64,000 nucleotides of DNA, from positions 17,957-81,956 of the forward strand of contig JAFTGD010000065.1 of the NCBI GenBank assembly GCA_017458065.1, read 5' to 3'. Numbering within the stretch: position 1 is the first letter of the stretch; every line of letters starts with the position of its first letter. Below, one piece after another: positions 1 through 9,006 of the stretch. The position numbers were made by a program, and so were the translations under genes. Source of the DNA: Oscillospiraceae bacterium. GTDB lineage: Bacteria > Bacillota > Clostridia > Oscillospirales > Oscillospiraceae. The notes beneath the pieces were generated by a model. It was not told the DNA's origin and searched no databases. It was given only the letters and a program-made list of their open reading frames with translations.

Positions 1-830
1 ATATAGTCATCCCCATATCTTTGTCTTAGATATGAATCAGTATCAATCATAAATGGATAGACTCTATCCTCAAATGGCAGTTCTTTAAATTTTAAGAATT
101 TTTCTCTCTCATACATCTCTCCAAAATAATGCCCCATTCCAGTTGTGGAAACTACATATTTTGAATGATTGTTATTTACCTTAGAGAAGCACTTTATTGC
201 TTTTTTTAGCCAATCTTCTATGGATCTATATGCAAACAAGCCTCCGAAGAAGCTTCTTAGTTTTACTTTCCTCTGCAATCCTTTCGATCCATATCTCATA
301 AGGTCGTCTTTTTGCTTTCTAGTTACTGAGCACGAGATGACAAACAAGTAAAACGTACACTGTATTCCATGAAGATAACGGAGAATTATATTATCGTATG
401 TGTTATCAATAACGAATAATTCTATATATACTCCTTTTCCTCTTTCATTCTTTTGAATCATTTCAGCCGTAGTTTCCGTATTGAATATTCTCGGTATATG
501 GGCGTAATACTTTTCATCCCCTGGACAGAGAAAATCAAATTTGGGATTTTTTTCTTCAGGGTACACTTCGGCAAATCTATTAAAGTCTTCCCTAGAAATA
601 AAAAGGTCCACATCTTCATCCCATGGAATAAAACCTTTATGCCGAACTGCGCCAAGTGCGCATCCACCTGCAATACCCCACTTAATATTATGTTTATCAC
701 AAACACGTTTCAAATCATCAATGAGTTCCATCAAAATCTCATGGATCTCTACTAATTCTTCATCTGTAACAACATGAAGCCCCATATCCTCGGGATTAAG
801 CGTTTTAATTTCATGAAGTAAACGGCCCAT
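1..830 (-). CDS. LicD-family phosphotransferase (C-terminus runs off the window start)
   Basis: Hand translation of the reverse strand from ATG 830 (AGGATGA just upstream) is open all the way to nt 1: MGRLLHEIKTLNPEDMGLHVVTDEELVEIHEILMELIDDLKRVCDKHNIKWGIAGGCALGAVRHKGFIPWDEDVDLFISREDF... The GxxLGAVRHKGFIPWDxDxD block is the LicD signature. It is absent from the ORF track because no stop lies inside the window. Confidence 0.8.
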   Translation of the reverse strand, partial: MGRLLHEIKTLNPEDMGLHVVTDEELVEIHEILMELIDDLKRVCDKHNIKWGIAGGCALGAVRHKGFIPWDEDVDLFISREDFNRFAEVYPEEKNPKFDFLCPGDEKYYAHIPRIFNTETTAEMIQKNERGKGVYIELFVIDNTYDNIILRYLHGIQCTFYLFVISCSVTRKQKDDLMRYGSKGLQRKVKLRSFFGGLFAYRSIEDWLKKAIKCFSKVNNNHSKYVVSTTGMGHYFGEMYEREKFLKFKELPFEDRVYPFMIDTDSYLRQRYGDDY

Positions 831-876
831 TTTTCATCCTGCCTTTATAACTATTATGCACTCAACGTTACAACAA

Positions 877-1692
877 TTATTTTTTTCTAACATAAACTAA
901 CCATAAGAATCTCGGGATGATATTAAAGTACCTCTTCATCATCCGCTTCGGTTCTTGGAATATCCTATATAACCATTCAAGATCATGTGTCTGCATCCAT
1001 ACTGGCGCTCGTTTTATATTGTCGGCATAATAATCAAATCCAGCACCAACGCTCATCATGAATCCCTTCAGAATCCCCTGATGATCAGCCGCAAAATAGT
1101 TTCCTTTAGGCGCACCTAGACTGAACCAGATAAAATCAGGGTTTGTAGCATTGATTTCTTCTACGGCCTGTTTATCTTCTTCCTCCGTAAGATTCCTGAA
1201 TCTCGAAGGTCTCATACCTGCTATCTGCAAGGCCGGATATTCTTTTTCAAGTTTCGTTTTCATCTTATCGAGAGTATCCTGTGTGGTTCCATAGAAATAG
1301 TGCCTTAATCCCTGTTTTTCAGAAACCTTGAATAATTCAATCATCAAGTCAGGACCTGTAATCCTCTCCATTCCTGGATAGCCCTTCTTCTGACCGTATG
1401 TCTTAAGAGGTCCACCGTCAGGAATAGACATTACCCCACCATTTTGACACCTGAAGAATTTATCGTCTTTATACGCCATTATTATTTCGTTTGTAGCCGT
1501 TATTGTAAGATAATCTCCTGAAAGCTCTTTAATATTCTTCGTCAGATAATCTACCAGCCACTTCATATTTCCTACTACGACTTCTGTACCAAGGATGGTG
1601 CAAGTCGTTAATTCGGCTTTATTTACTCTTCTCTCGAAGCCTTCCCTATAAACCATGTGGTTGATTGCGTTTTTACTTTTGTCCACTTTCAA
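877..1692 (-). CDS. WecB/TagA/CpsF-family glycosyltransferase (N-acetylmannosaminyltransferase-like)
   Basis: 271-aa ORF with WecG/TagA-like blocks (SIPDGGPLKTYGQKKG, NPDFIWFSLGAPKGNYF, GAGFDYYADNIKRAPVWMQ..LEWLYR). The listed start 1692 is TTG. GTG 1686 (GAGGA 8 nt upstream) and ATG 1656 are alternatives. Confidence 0.8.
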   Translation of the reverse strand: MKVDKSKNAINHMVYREGFERRVNKAELTTCTILGTEVVVGNMKWLVDYLTKNIKELSGDYLTITATNEIIMAYKDDKFFRCQNGGVMSIPDGGPLKTYGQKKGYPGMERITGPDLMIELFKVSEKQGLRHYFYGTTQDTLDKMKTKLEKEYPALQIAGMRPSRFRNLTEEEDKQAVEEINATNPDFIWFSLGAPKGNYFAADHQGILKGFMMSVGAGFDYYADNIKRAPVWMQTHDLEWLYRIFQEPKRMMKRYFNIIPRFLWLVYVRKK

Positions 1693-1696
1693 TTCC

Positions 1697-2485
1697 TCAC
1701 AGTGTCGTTAAGTAATCTATTGTCCTGTAGACATCCTCGATGTCATTACTCTTTCCCATTTCGATTGAGACATATCTATCGTATCCAGCGTCTCTCAGCA
1801 TATGCATTAAAGCCTTGTGTTCGACTCTACGTTCAATCAATTTCAGATTTGGTTCGCTGATGTGGACATGATTGATAAGATGGATATTTGAAGCAAGAGT
1901 CTCAATACTCTCCTCGTTATAGATGATAGTTCCAAAGTCCAGATTCAACAAGAACCCTTTGGAGCCAACTTCCTTAATAAGAACAACAGCTTCTTTGGTC
2001 GTATTCACAAAGTTCGTTCCATATATGACCGGGTTCGCTTCCATTGCCAGAACCGTTCCATGTTCAGCCGCATAATCACCAAGTTCTCTGAAGAAGTCCA
2101 CAGCCACAATCTTGTCATCATTATTGCCAATGACCCTGTTTTTTGGACAGCCAAATACGAGATTCCCAGCATCTATCGCCTCAGCAAAATCAATCGCTTG
2201 TTTCGTATAATCCAGAAGAACAGTTCTTTCTTCTTCCGTCCCGAATATCTTCTCACTGTGACCGTACCAAATAGATTGTATAGAGCAGATGTCTAAGTCA
2301 AACACCTCTTTCAATTTCAGGCTATATTTTTTTGCTTCTATCTTCTTTTCATACGGTATTTCCGAAAATAAACGAGTAGGAGCTATTTCCAGCCCACTGA
2401 ATCCAGCTTTTTGCATATACTCGTAGACTTGCAAATCATTATCCGAAGTCCAAGCAATATTAGAAATGGAAAACTTTATCCCCAT
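1697..2485 (-). CDS. sugar phosphate isomerase/epimerase, xylose-isomerase-like TIM barrel
   Basis: 262 aa with the general pattern of the AP_endonuc_2/xylose-isomerase-like TIM-barrel family (FSGLEIAP, AMEANP, HISEP). ATG has a GGAGAAGG RBS and overlaps the upstream gene by 10 nt. Confidence 0.6.
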   Translation of the reverse strand: MGIKFSISNIAWTSDNDLQVYEYMQKAGFSGLEIAPTRLFSEIPYEKKIEAKKYSLKLKEVFDLDICSIQSIWYGHSEKIFGTEEERTVLLDYTKQAIDFAEAIDAGNLVFGCPKNRVIGNNDDKIVAVDFFRELGDYAAEHGTVLAMEANPVIYGTNFVNTTKEAVVLIKEVGSKGFLLNLDFGTIIYNEESIETLASNIHLINHVHISEPNLKLIERRVEHKALMHMLRDAGYDRYVSIEMGKSNDIEDVYRTIDYLTTL

Positions 2486-3411
2486 ATTCTTTCCTTCTCC
2501 TCATCCACATATTGCTTCAGTTCAGCCAGCTCTGTTGCCTTATCAATCAGGTATCCGTCCTGTCCTCCAAAAAGTTCAGCATGAATAGTCTTGATATCAT
2601 AATTGTACGGTGGCTTTACCAACTCATTCACGAAAACGTTCCCTGACAGAACCTTATACACTTCCGCAACGCTTACAGGTTCAGTAGTGATATTCAGCAG
2701 TCGTAGACCATTCTTCAGCGCAGTCTGTATATCCGTCCACAACCTACCGAGGTTATAGAATTGGTATATAGATCTGCTATCTGTAAAGCTTATAGCATTG
2801 AAAGAATTAGTTCTGAAGAATTCAAATACTCTTTTTTTCTCATTACCCACAGCACTCAGATGGTAAAACTTATCATCGGCCAATGTGTATGCAGAAGCTA
2901 TCAAGTCACTTTCTCTCACAAGTTCCTGGTACTTCTTTTCGTTCAACATTCCAGGAATGACATTGATGTAGTCATAGATGAAATTCTTCTTAAGGTTAAG
3001 ACCGTATAACGCTGGGAGTCGCACAATCAAACTGTTCTCACAACTCTCAGATACCCATTTCTCTAGATACAATCTGTTCTTTCCATAAGGTAAGAGCTGC
3101 CTTTCGTCTATCACATGGTTCTCATCCACATCAAAAGTCCTATCATAAACAGCGACTGATGAAACCAGTACAATCTGCTTAGGTTTTATTGCTTTGATAT
3201 TTTCAATCGCCTGTAGAATATCCACGAAGTCAGCTTCAGGATTTGAGTTGGCCTTGAACATTGCAGCAGGGAGACCTGCGTAAACGAGCAGGTCCGGTGC
3301 CGTACCGTATGCACTCTCTATATTTTTTGAGTTGTAAAGATCTGTGAACTGATAGGAAGCACTTAGATTCGCTCCCACAAAACCTGTATAGCCAACAAGA
3401 GCAGTTCTCAT
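2476..3411 (-). CDS. NAD(P)-dependent epimerase/dehydratase-family (extended SDR) protein
   Basis: Rossmann motif GYTGFVG lies directly after ATG 3411. The track start 3438 is a TTG inside the upstream gene. LVSSVAVYD and PYGKNRL blocks are typical of sugar epimerase/reductase SDRs. Confidence 0.7.
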   Translation of the reverse strand: MRTALVGYTGFVGANLSASYQFTDLYNSKNIESAYGTAPDLLVYAGLPAAMFKANSNPEADFVDILQAIENIKAIKPKQIVLVSSVAVYDRTFDVDENHVIDERQLLPYGKNRLYLEKWVSESCENSLIVRLPALYGLNLKKNFIYDYINVIPGMLNEKKYQELVRESDLIASAYTLADDKFYHLSAVGNEKKRVFEFFRTNSFNAISFTDSRSIYQFYNLGRLWTDIQTALKNGLRLLNITTEPVSVAEVYKVLSGNVFVNELVKPPYNYDIKTIHAELFGGQDGYLIDKATELAELKQYVDEEKERIWG

Positions 3412-3415
3412 CACG

Positions 3416-4303
3416 TTACCCTTTCTGTACTTTTTCAATATTACTGATCAGATATTTTGAATCCTTCTCCTTCGAAATCAACCTTGCATAGTAGAGGAGA
3501 AACACGATATTCACAAGGATAAGTGCTAACCCAATAAGTACAGATGCACTAAACAACCATCCTAATCCTACTGAGATGCCAACGATCCCCGCTGAGATGA
3601 GTACGAGAATGAATACCAGCGAAACAGTACATACATTTTTACTAAACTCCGTATAGAGAAGAAAGCTATCAATTGCAAGGCTTAATCCCCTGGCCTTCCT
3701 CGGGCTGGCAGAACCCTTGTATTCAATTCTTGAATTCTTCAGCCCACAAGAGGCATACACAGCCTGTCTAAATGCGCTGCTCATATTCAGTTCAAGGACC
3801 CTGTTTATAGCTCTTCTGCTCACCAGTCTGAATGCAGAGGCGTTGATATCGTAGTCAGCATTTGAGTACTTGTTGAAGAGACGGTAGAACAGACTTCTGC
3901 TTACATTATTTTGTTTTGGTTCAACCGAAACTACATCATTACCTTTCAGAGACTCTTGGTACACATCCCATAGAAGGCCTTTATCAAAGATCATCTCAAG
4001 CGTATCGAATTCAAAAACGAAATCCCCGATAGAAACATCCAGTCCGGCGCGGAGGCACGCTTCAATCCCCTGTTTTACGCTCATGTGAACTAAAGTGATG
4101 GTACTTTCATCCGCAAGAGAGGGTAATACCTCTTTCAGGAATCTCTCATGCCTTGTGCTGCAGTCGTCCACAATGATAATTTCATAGTGATCGAAGTAGG
4201 ATTTCAGAGAATCTAGAAGATTCCTTGTAAACTTTTCGGCATCGTTGGCAAAGTCCGACAGATAGAGGACAGCACTAATAAAAACCGACTCTTTCTTATT
4301 CAT
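3416..4303 (-). CDS. GT2 glycosyltransferase with two C-terminal TM helices (GtrB/ArnC/DPM1-like architecture)
   Basis: 295 aa. The N-terminal GT-A region reads ISAVLYL...YEIIIVDDCST. The C-terminus has two hydrophobic helices (VSLVFILVLISAGIVGISVGL and LIGLALILVNIVFLLYYA). This layout matches polyprenol-phosphate glycosyltransferases. Confidence 0.7.
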   Translation of the reverse strand: MNKKESVFISAVLYLSDFANDAEKFTRNLLDSLKSYFDHYEIIIVDDCSTRHERFLKEVLPSLADESTITLVHMSVKQGIEACLRAGLDVSIGDFVFEFDTLEMIFDKGLLWDVYQESLKGNDVVSVEPKQNNVSRSLFYRLFNKYSNADYDINASAFRLVSRRAINRVLELNMSSAFRQAVYASCGLKNSRIEYKGSASPRKARGLSLAIDSFLLYTEFSKNVCTVSLVFILVLISAGIVGISVGLGWLFSASVLIGLALILVNIVFLLYYARLISKEKDSKYLISNIEKVQKG

Positions 4304-5453
4304 TTAAGAGCACCTCATCCAAATCATAAATGGTGTTTATTTTCCCACTAAATGCACTTACAAAGGTCGGATTCTGTTTCTCTACCTTAATCATTGTGGG
4401 TCTGGAATCATCTATTTCCGCAACCTTTAATATGGGTTTCATTGAAAACAGTGATTTCACATAAGAGAACTTAAGCTCTGGTAACATATACTTTCTCGCC
4501 AACTGACTCATATATGGCCATGCTGACTCCGGTTTAGCCGGACAGTCATTACAGTTTGCCAAATGCTTTGGAGAACATGCTCCATTGCTACGACTTTGAC
4601 ACTCAAACGTCGCTGTTTCATCGTAGGATGTAATATGAGGAGTGAACGTCACAGAAGTAAGGCTGTGATATCCGGTCTTTCCGAACGGCATGATAGAGAA
4701 AAATGGTCCATCCATAACCGTTAATCCAATATCCTTCAGCTTTTCATCAACTTCACACAGTATTATTTCGCAAAGCTCGTACTTGATATTGAAAGTCTCA
4801 TATCCCATCATCTTCTGGATTTCGTTGATTCCTGCGTATGTGGCATTCAAGATGAAAGGTGCTGAATACATAGTTCCAGAAGAGATCACGATCCAGTCCT
4901 GATCTGCTTCTTCGATTTTTTCAATCTTCTGGTTATAAAGAATATCTACACAGCCAGACTTCTTTAGCTCCTCTAAGTAATAGTCCCGTAAGATCATTGC
5001 GTCATAGGTGAATTCCTCTGTCAGAAATGCGCCATCACATAACCCAGTTCTGAAGAATTCTTTCTCATTTATACGTTCACAGGGAATGTTTGAATCATCG
5101 CAAAACTTCTGAAAAGCAGTAGCATTAGTCCAGGAAAGAGCAGCGCTCGTCGCGTAAATTTGTTTGAAATCCCGCTTGATACAGAAGCCGTAATCTTCGC
5201 AAAATCTTTGAAAATAATGAGCACTCTTCAGCGCCGTCATCTTACTCCTTGGATAATGATATCCCATATGGACACGCGCCTGATTGATATATGTAGCGCG
5301 CATAAACGCATTTGAATCGCGCTCAAGAACCAGAATATGCTGTCCTTGCTTTGCGCAGGTCATAGCGGAGTACAGACCGTATATGCCTGCGCCGAAGATT
5401 ATCTTGTCATATTGATCCACTGTTCTGCCCCTTATCTTCTGCTTCTTCATCAC
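4296..5453 (-). CDS. FAD-dependent oxidoreductase
   Basis: 385 aa with a dinucleotide-binding GAGIYG motif near the N-terminus followed by LVLERD. Overlaps the next gene by 8 nt. It does not resemble UDP-galactopyranose mutase by eye. Confidence 0.7.
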   Translation of the reverse strand: MMKKQKIRGRTVDQYDKIIFGAGIYGLYSAMTCAKQGQHILVLERDSNAFMRATYINQARVHMGYHYPRSKMTALKSAHYFQRFCEDYGFCIKRDFKQIYATSAALSWTNATAFQKFCDDSNIPCERINEKEFFRTGLCDGAFLTEEFTYDAMILRDYYLEELKKSGCVDILYNQKIEKIEEADQDWIVISSGTMYSAPFILNATYAGINEIQKMMGYETFNIKYELCEIILCEVDEKLKDIGLTVMDGPFFSIMPFGKTGYHSLTSVTFTPHITSYDETATFECQSRSNGACSPKHLANCNDCPAKPESAWPYMSQLARKYMLPELKFSYVKSLFSMKPILKVAEIDDSRPTMIKVEKQNPTFVSAFSGKINTIYDLDEVLLNE

Positions 5454-5562
5454 TCTTTAATTTCCACCGTCTACTTTCGTCAGCACCTGCAATTAAGAAA
5501 TACAAGAAAACCGCAATAACTAAAACAACAATGATTCCGAGGACTATAAATGCCATTTTCAT
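5407..5562 (-). CDS. possible small single-pass membrane peptide (51 codons)
   Basis: Found by hand: MKMAFIVLGIIVVLVIAVFLYFLIAGADESRRWKL... GAGGA lies about 10 nt upstream. It overlaps the 5' end of the FAD gene in another frame and may be spurious. Confidence 0.25.
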   Translation of the reverse strand: MKMAFIVLGIIVVLVIAVFLYFLIAGADESRRWKLKSDEEAEDKGQNSGSI

Positions 5563-5637
5563 TCTATTCAAATCCTCATCGCAGTCTTACCACACCACCA
5601 TCAAGACTATAGTTTTCCTTTTTAGTGTACATTCCAA

Positions 5638-6273
5638 TCATTCGATGACCGGTTCCCAATGTTCAGCCTTAAATGCTTGAAGACAAATCTTTAATTCCCG
5701 TTTATCCGTCTTTCGGACATTTAGATCAGGTAAATGCTCTATACTGAAATAACCGCTTTCTGTCGTTTCAGAGTTTCTGCGGAACTCCCCGCTAATCACT
5801 CTGCAAAGAACATGAACATTTTCAGCATGGAAATAGGATTGTGGTTTTGACCGCTTCTGATTATCAAATATCCCCACAAGTCTATATGGTTCAACAACAA
5901 GACCAGCTTCTTCCAAAACTTCTTTAACTGTATTGCTCATGATTGTCTGATCATAATCACACCATCCACCTGGAAGAACCCATTTACCATCGAAGTCCTT
6001 CACAAGAAGCACTTCCTCTTTTTCGTTAAAGATCGCTGCTCTTGTACTGATTTTTGGTGTCTGATAATCAGCATTTGCTTCAAATATCCGCTTTACTTTT
6101 TCTAAGGGTTCTTCACTCACAGCTGATGTGATTTCTGCTGCAATATCTCTGATTCTTTCATACCGTTCAGTATCAAATGCTGTATTTGTATATGTAAGAC
6201 CTGCAGCAGCTAATGCTTGAAGCTCATGTGCTAACTCTATGATTCGATTGCTGTTTACCTGGTTACTGTCCAT
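5638..6273 (-). CDS. NUDIX hydrolase with N-terminal helical domain
   Basis: 211 aa. Nudix box GGWCDYDQTIMSNTVKEVLEEAGL (KEVLEEAGL fits REUxEExGU). The N-terminal alpha-helical extension resembles ADP-ribose-pyrophosphatase-like Nudix proteins. Confidence 0.8.
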   Translation of the reverse strand: MDSNQVNSNRIIELAHELQALAAAGLTYTNTAFDTERYERIRDIAAEITSAVSEEPLEKVKRIFEANADYQTPKISTRAAIFNEKEEVLLVKDFDGKWVLPGGWCDYDQTIMSNTVKEVLEEAGLVVEPYRLVGIFDNQKRSKPQSYFHAENVHVLCRVISGEFRRNSETTESGYFSIEHLPDLNVRKTDKRELKICLQAFKAEHWEPVIE

Positions 6274-6412
6274 TTACGTTGTATTGCTCCTTCAGTTCCT
6301 CTATGGATAAACCTTGATATTGAACTTCCACTACTTCCACATACCATATTGTTGTGGGCAACACGGCCCTCTATGCCCGCTATTGGCCAGTACAATGCGT
6401 TTATCTTCCATC

Positions 6413-6850
6413 TCACTTCACAGCCTTTACTCTTCGGATCAGCCCTACGATTCCCACAGCTAATACCATGCCGATAAAATCTCTCATCAAATCCGTCGCA
6501 TCGAATTCTCTTGTTGGCAGAAGCACCTTTATCCCTTCATCTATCAATCCAACGCCACATCCGATCAAGATGATCACCCACCAGCGCCAGCCACATTCCC
6601 GGCCAAAGAGGCTCAAAATCACTCCGAACACGAAGAACATTACAAGGTGTGCGTTTGAGCGGATGCCATGGAAAGTCGTTGTTATGCCAAACCTCTCCAG
6701 CCACAATCTCAACCCTTCGCTGAGCCTCACCGTTCCATCCGGTGATTGCAGCGTCAGGAACAAATTCAAAGCGAGAATTGCGATGAGAAGTGCTCCGTAA
6801 ATTGTTTTTCTCTGCACATCCTTCTCCCTTTCCAAGCCCCTTCTCCGCAT
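6413..6850 (-). CDS. VanZ-family membrane protein
   Basis: 145 aa and multi-TM, with the VanZ-like C-terminal block LLPTREFDATDLMRDFIG. An in-frame GTG at 6817 with a GGAAAGGGAG RBS is an alternative start. Confidence 0.75.
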   Translation of the reverse strand: MRRRGLEREKDVQRKTIYGALLIAILALNLFLTLQSPDGTVRLSEGLRLWLERFGITTTFHGIRSNAHLVMFFVFGVILSLFGRECGWRWWVIILIGCGVGLIDEGIKVLLPTREFDATDLMRDFIGMVLAVGIVGLIRRVKAVK

Positions 6851-7055
6851 TTTTGCCTATTAGAAGTAATAGTTTTCTCTCCTCGTGCTCACGTTCGTAC
6901 AAGACAATTACGACGCAATATGAGCGATTTATGGTGCAATATGGGCTCTGATAAGACTACATATTGTGCTTTCTGGCGTTCTGAATACCATATTTATGGT
7001 TTCTGCTATGTAAATTGCACATTAGAAGTAACAGTTAGCTCAACAGGATCACATC

Positions 7056-7475
7056 TTACTTTCGCTGCACAATCCGTATGATCGTGACTATCACAGCTGC
7101 CAAACTAACTCCGATCATGTCTCTGATCAGATCAGTAAAATCAAACTCTCTCGTCGGCAGCCAGTTTTTCAGCAGTTCATCCGCCAGGCCTATGGCGCAG
7201 CCAAGGAGCACGGCGCGTGATAGCTTCCACTTTCTGGATCGGCAAAATGCACAGAGGGCGAGACTAAGCACAAAATACTCCACATAGTGGGCATTATGCC
7301 GCAGGGTCTCGCCATCTAATTGGATGCCCATTGTCCCAAGCAGTGACTGTGTCTTGTTTGTTAGTCTCCAAGTGTCCTCCGGTCTCTGTAGAGTGAGGTA
7401 GAAAATAACGGCAATGACGAGAACGGTTAACAGTCCAGCTGTCCGTTTCTTCCATAGATTTTTGCGCATGGTCAC
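7056..7475 (-). CDS. VanZ-family membrane protein (paralog)
   Basis: 139 aa with the block WLPTREFDFTDLIRDMIG matching the neighbouring VanZ. The listed start is GTG in a GTGA overlap with the upstream stop. ATG 7469 is an alternative. Confidence 0.75.
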   Translation of the reverse strand: MTMRKNLWKKRTAGLLTVLVIAVIFYLTLQRPEDTWRLTNKTQSLLGTMGIQLDGETLRHNAHYVEYFVLSLALCAFCRSRKWKLSRAVLLGCAIGLADELLKNWLPTREFDFTDLIRDMIGVSLAAVIVTIIRIVQRK

Positions 7476-8986
7476 ATGGCCCCGTCTTTGGTGAACATGG
7501 ACTGGAACGTCTTCAGGATCAGTCTAATGTCCAAGCCGAGGCTCCAGTGCTCGATATACTCCGTGTCGAGGCGGACTACTTCCTCAAAGTCGGTGATATT
7601 GCTGCGTCCGCTGGTCTGCCACATACCGGTAACTCCTGGGCGGAAAGCAAGCCGCGCCCGGTGGTGGTACTTGTACTTCTCCCACTCGTCCACCGTAGGA
7701 GGACGGGTGCCTACAATACTCATGTCGCCCTTGAGCACATTGAAGAACTGCGGGAATTCATCCAGGCTGTGGCTGCGGATAAATTCGCCGATGCCGGTCT
7801 TGTGGGTACCATCCGGAAGGATCTCGTTGCCGATGATGCGAGGGTCAAAATCGAGCTTGAACATCATGCCGTCAGAGACACGGTTCTGCTCCAGGAATTC
7901 TTGTTTTCGCTCGTCAGCATCCATATACATGGAGCGGATCTTATAGATCTTAAAGCGCTTGCCGTTCTGCCCTATCCGTTCCTGCTGAAAGATGATAGGC
8001 CCGGGAGAGGCTCTTTTGATCCACGGCCCGACGACAGCCATGATAAGCAGAGCAGCCAGGCTGCCCACCAGCCCGCCGAGGATATCGATCATCCTTTTCA
8101 GTAACAGCTGAAGCGGAGAAGCAAAGTTGGTCGTGAAGGTGACAACGTTGAAGCCGTTGACCTTCTCCAGGAAGCTCTTCTCCCCCAGGTCACCCAGCGA
8201 GACCCGGATATGGATCGGTAGCGCCATCTGTCGGCATTGCTCCAGCAGGGGGCTGTGCTCCAGTTCGGAAACCTCCGCCGGATAAAAGAAGATCTCGTCC
8301 ACCCATTCCCGGCAGATATAATCCGCGGCGTCCACCATATTGGCGACCACAGGGAGGCCCTCCACCGTGTCGCCCGAACCGTCCCGGTCGGTCAGCACGA
8401 CGCCGGAGAAACGCGCCTCGTCCAGGCCATTGCTGCGCGCCAGAACGGAGGCGACATCCGCCTCACGGCAGACGAGAATCATGTTTTTCTTCTCAATTCT
8501 GGCGCTGCGGCGCACCACGTTTCTCTTCCAGAGGATGCGGGTGAGGAAGGAGAGCCCAAGATAAAAGACAGCCGACAGGGCGACCGTCACACGGCTGTAG
8601 ATCTGAGAAGACTTTATCCCGAAGAGGACAAGGGCCAACGCGGCAAAGAGCACAAGAGTGTGCTTGACAGTCTGGGAGAACTCGACATAATATCCGCGAC
8701 GCATCACATTGTGCATGGTATCAAAGAGAACAAGGGTAAAGGCATCGAGGACCAACAACAGAACCGTCACATAGCGATAGGCACCGCTGCTGAAAAGGAG
8801 CAGATCTCCGTTATATACCAGATAGGCCAGGAAAAGGGAAAGCAGCAACTGAAAAAGATCAAGCACAATAAAGTCCAGGTGCTTGACCCATTTGAGATTG
8901 TTCCGCTTATACAAAAAGTTCTCCTCCTTTCCTGCTTTGATGCACATTCGGAATCCCTGAAGGTTCTTCTTTTTAAGCGGGTCCAT
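7472..8986 (-). CDS. polyprenyl-phosphate hexose-1-phosphate transferase (priming sugar transferase, WbaP/EpsE class)
   Basis: 504 aa with a multi-TM N-terminus plus a C-terminal bacterial sugar transferase domain (PGPIIFQQERIGQNGKRFKIYKIRSM, DEFPQFFNVLKGDMSIVGTRPP). Confidence 0.9.
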   Translation of the reverse strand: MDPLKKKNLQGFRMCIKAGKEENFLYKRNNLKWVKHLDFIVLDLFQLLLSLFLAYLVYNGDLLLFSSGAYRYVTVLLLVLDAFTLVLFDTMHNVMRRGYYVEFSQTVKHTLVLFAALALVLFGIKSSQIYSRVTVALSAVFYLGLSFLTRILWKRNVVRRSARIEKKNMILVCREADVASVLARSNGLDEARFSGVVLTDRDGSGDTVEGLPVVANMVDAADYICREWVDEIFFYPAEVSELEHSPLLEQCRQMALPIHIRVSLGDLGEKSFLEKVNGFNVVTFTTNFASPLQLLLKRMIDILGGLVGSLAALLIMAVVGPWIKRASPGPIIFQQERIGQNGKRFKIYKIRSMYMDADERKQEFLEQNRVSDGMMFKLDFDPRIIGNEILPDGTHKTGIGEFIRSHSLDEFPQFFNVLKGDMSIVGTRPPTVDEWEKYKYHHRARLAFRPGVTGMWQTSGRSNITDFEEVVRLDTEYIEHWSLGLDIRLILKTFQSMFTKDGAM

Positions 8987-9006
8987 TCAGAGATTTCGAA
9001 CAGGCA

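Noticed and set aside
6354-6902. Alternative ORFs overlapping VanZ-1 (148 aa on the plus strand, 121 aa on the minus strand)
   Set aside because: Only the 6413-6850 minus-strand frame gives a multi-TM protein with the LPTREFDxTDLxRD VanZ block shared with the neighbouring paralog.
6859-7036. The 16-nt direct repeats as target-site duplications of a MITE or IS remnant
   Set aside because: No terminal inverted repeats lie just inside the direct repeats, there is no transposase remnant, and 16 nt is long for a TSD. The observation is kept only as an unexplained repeat array.
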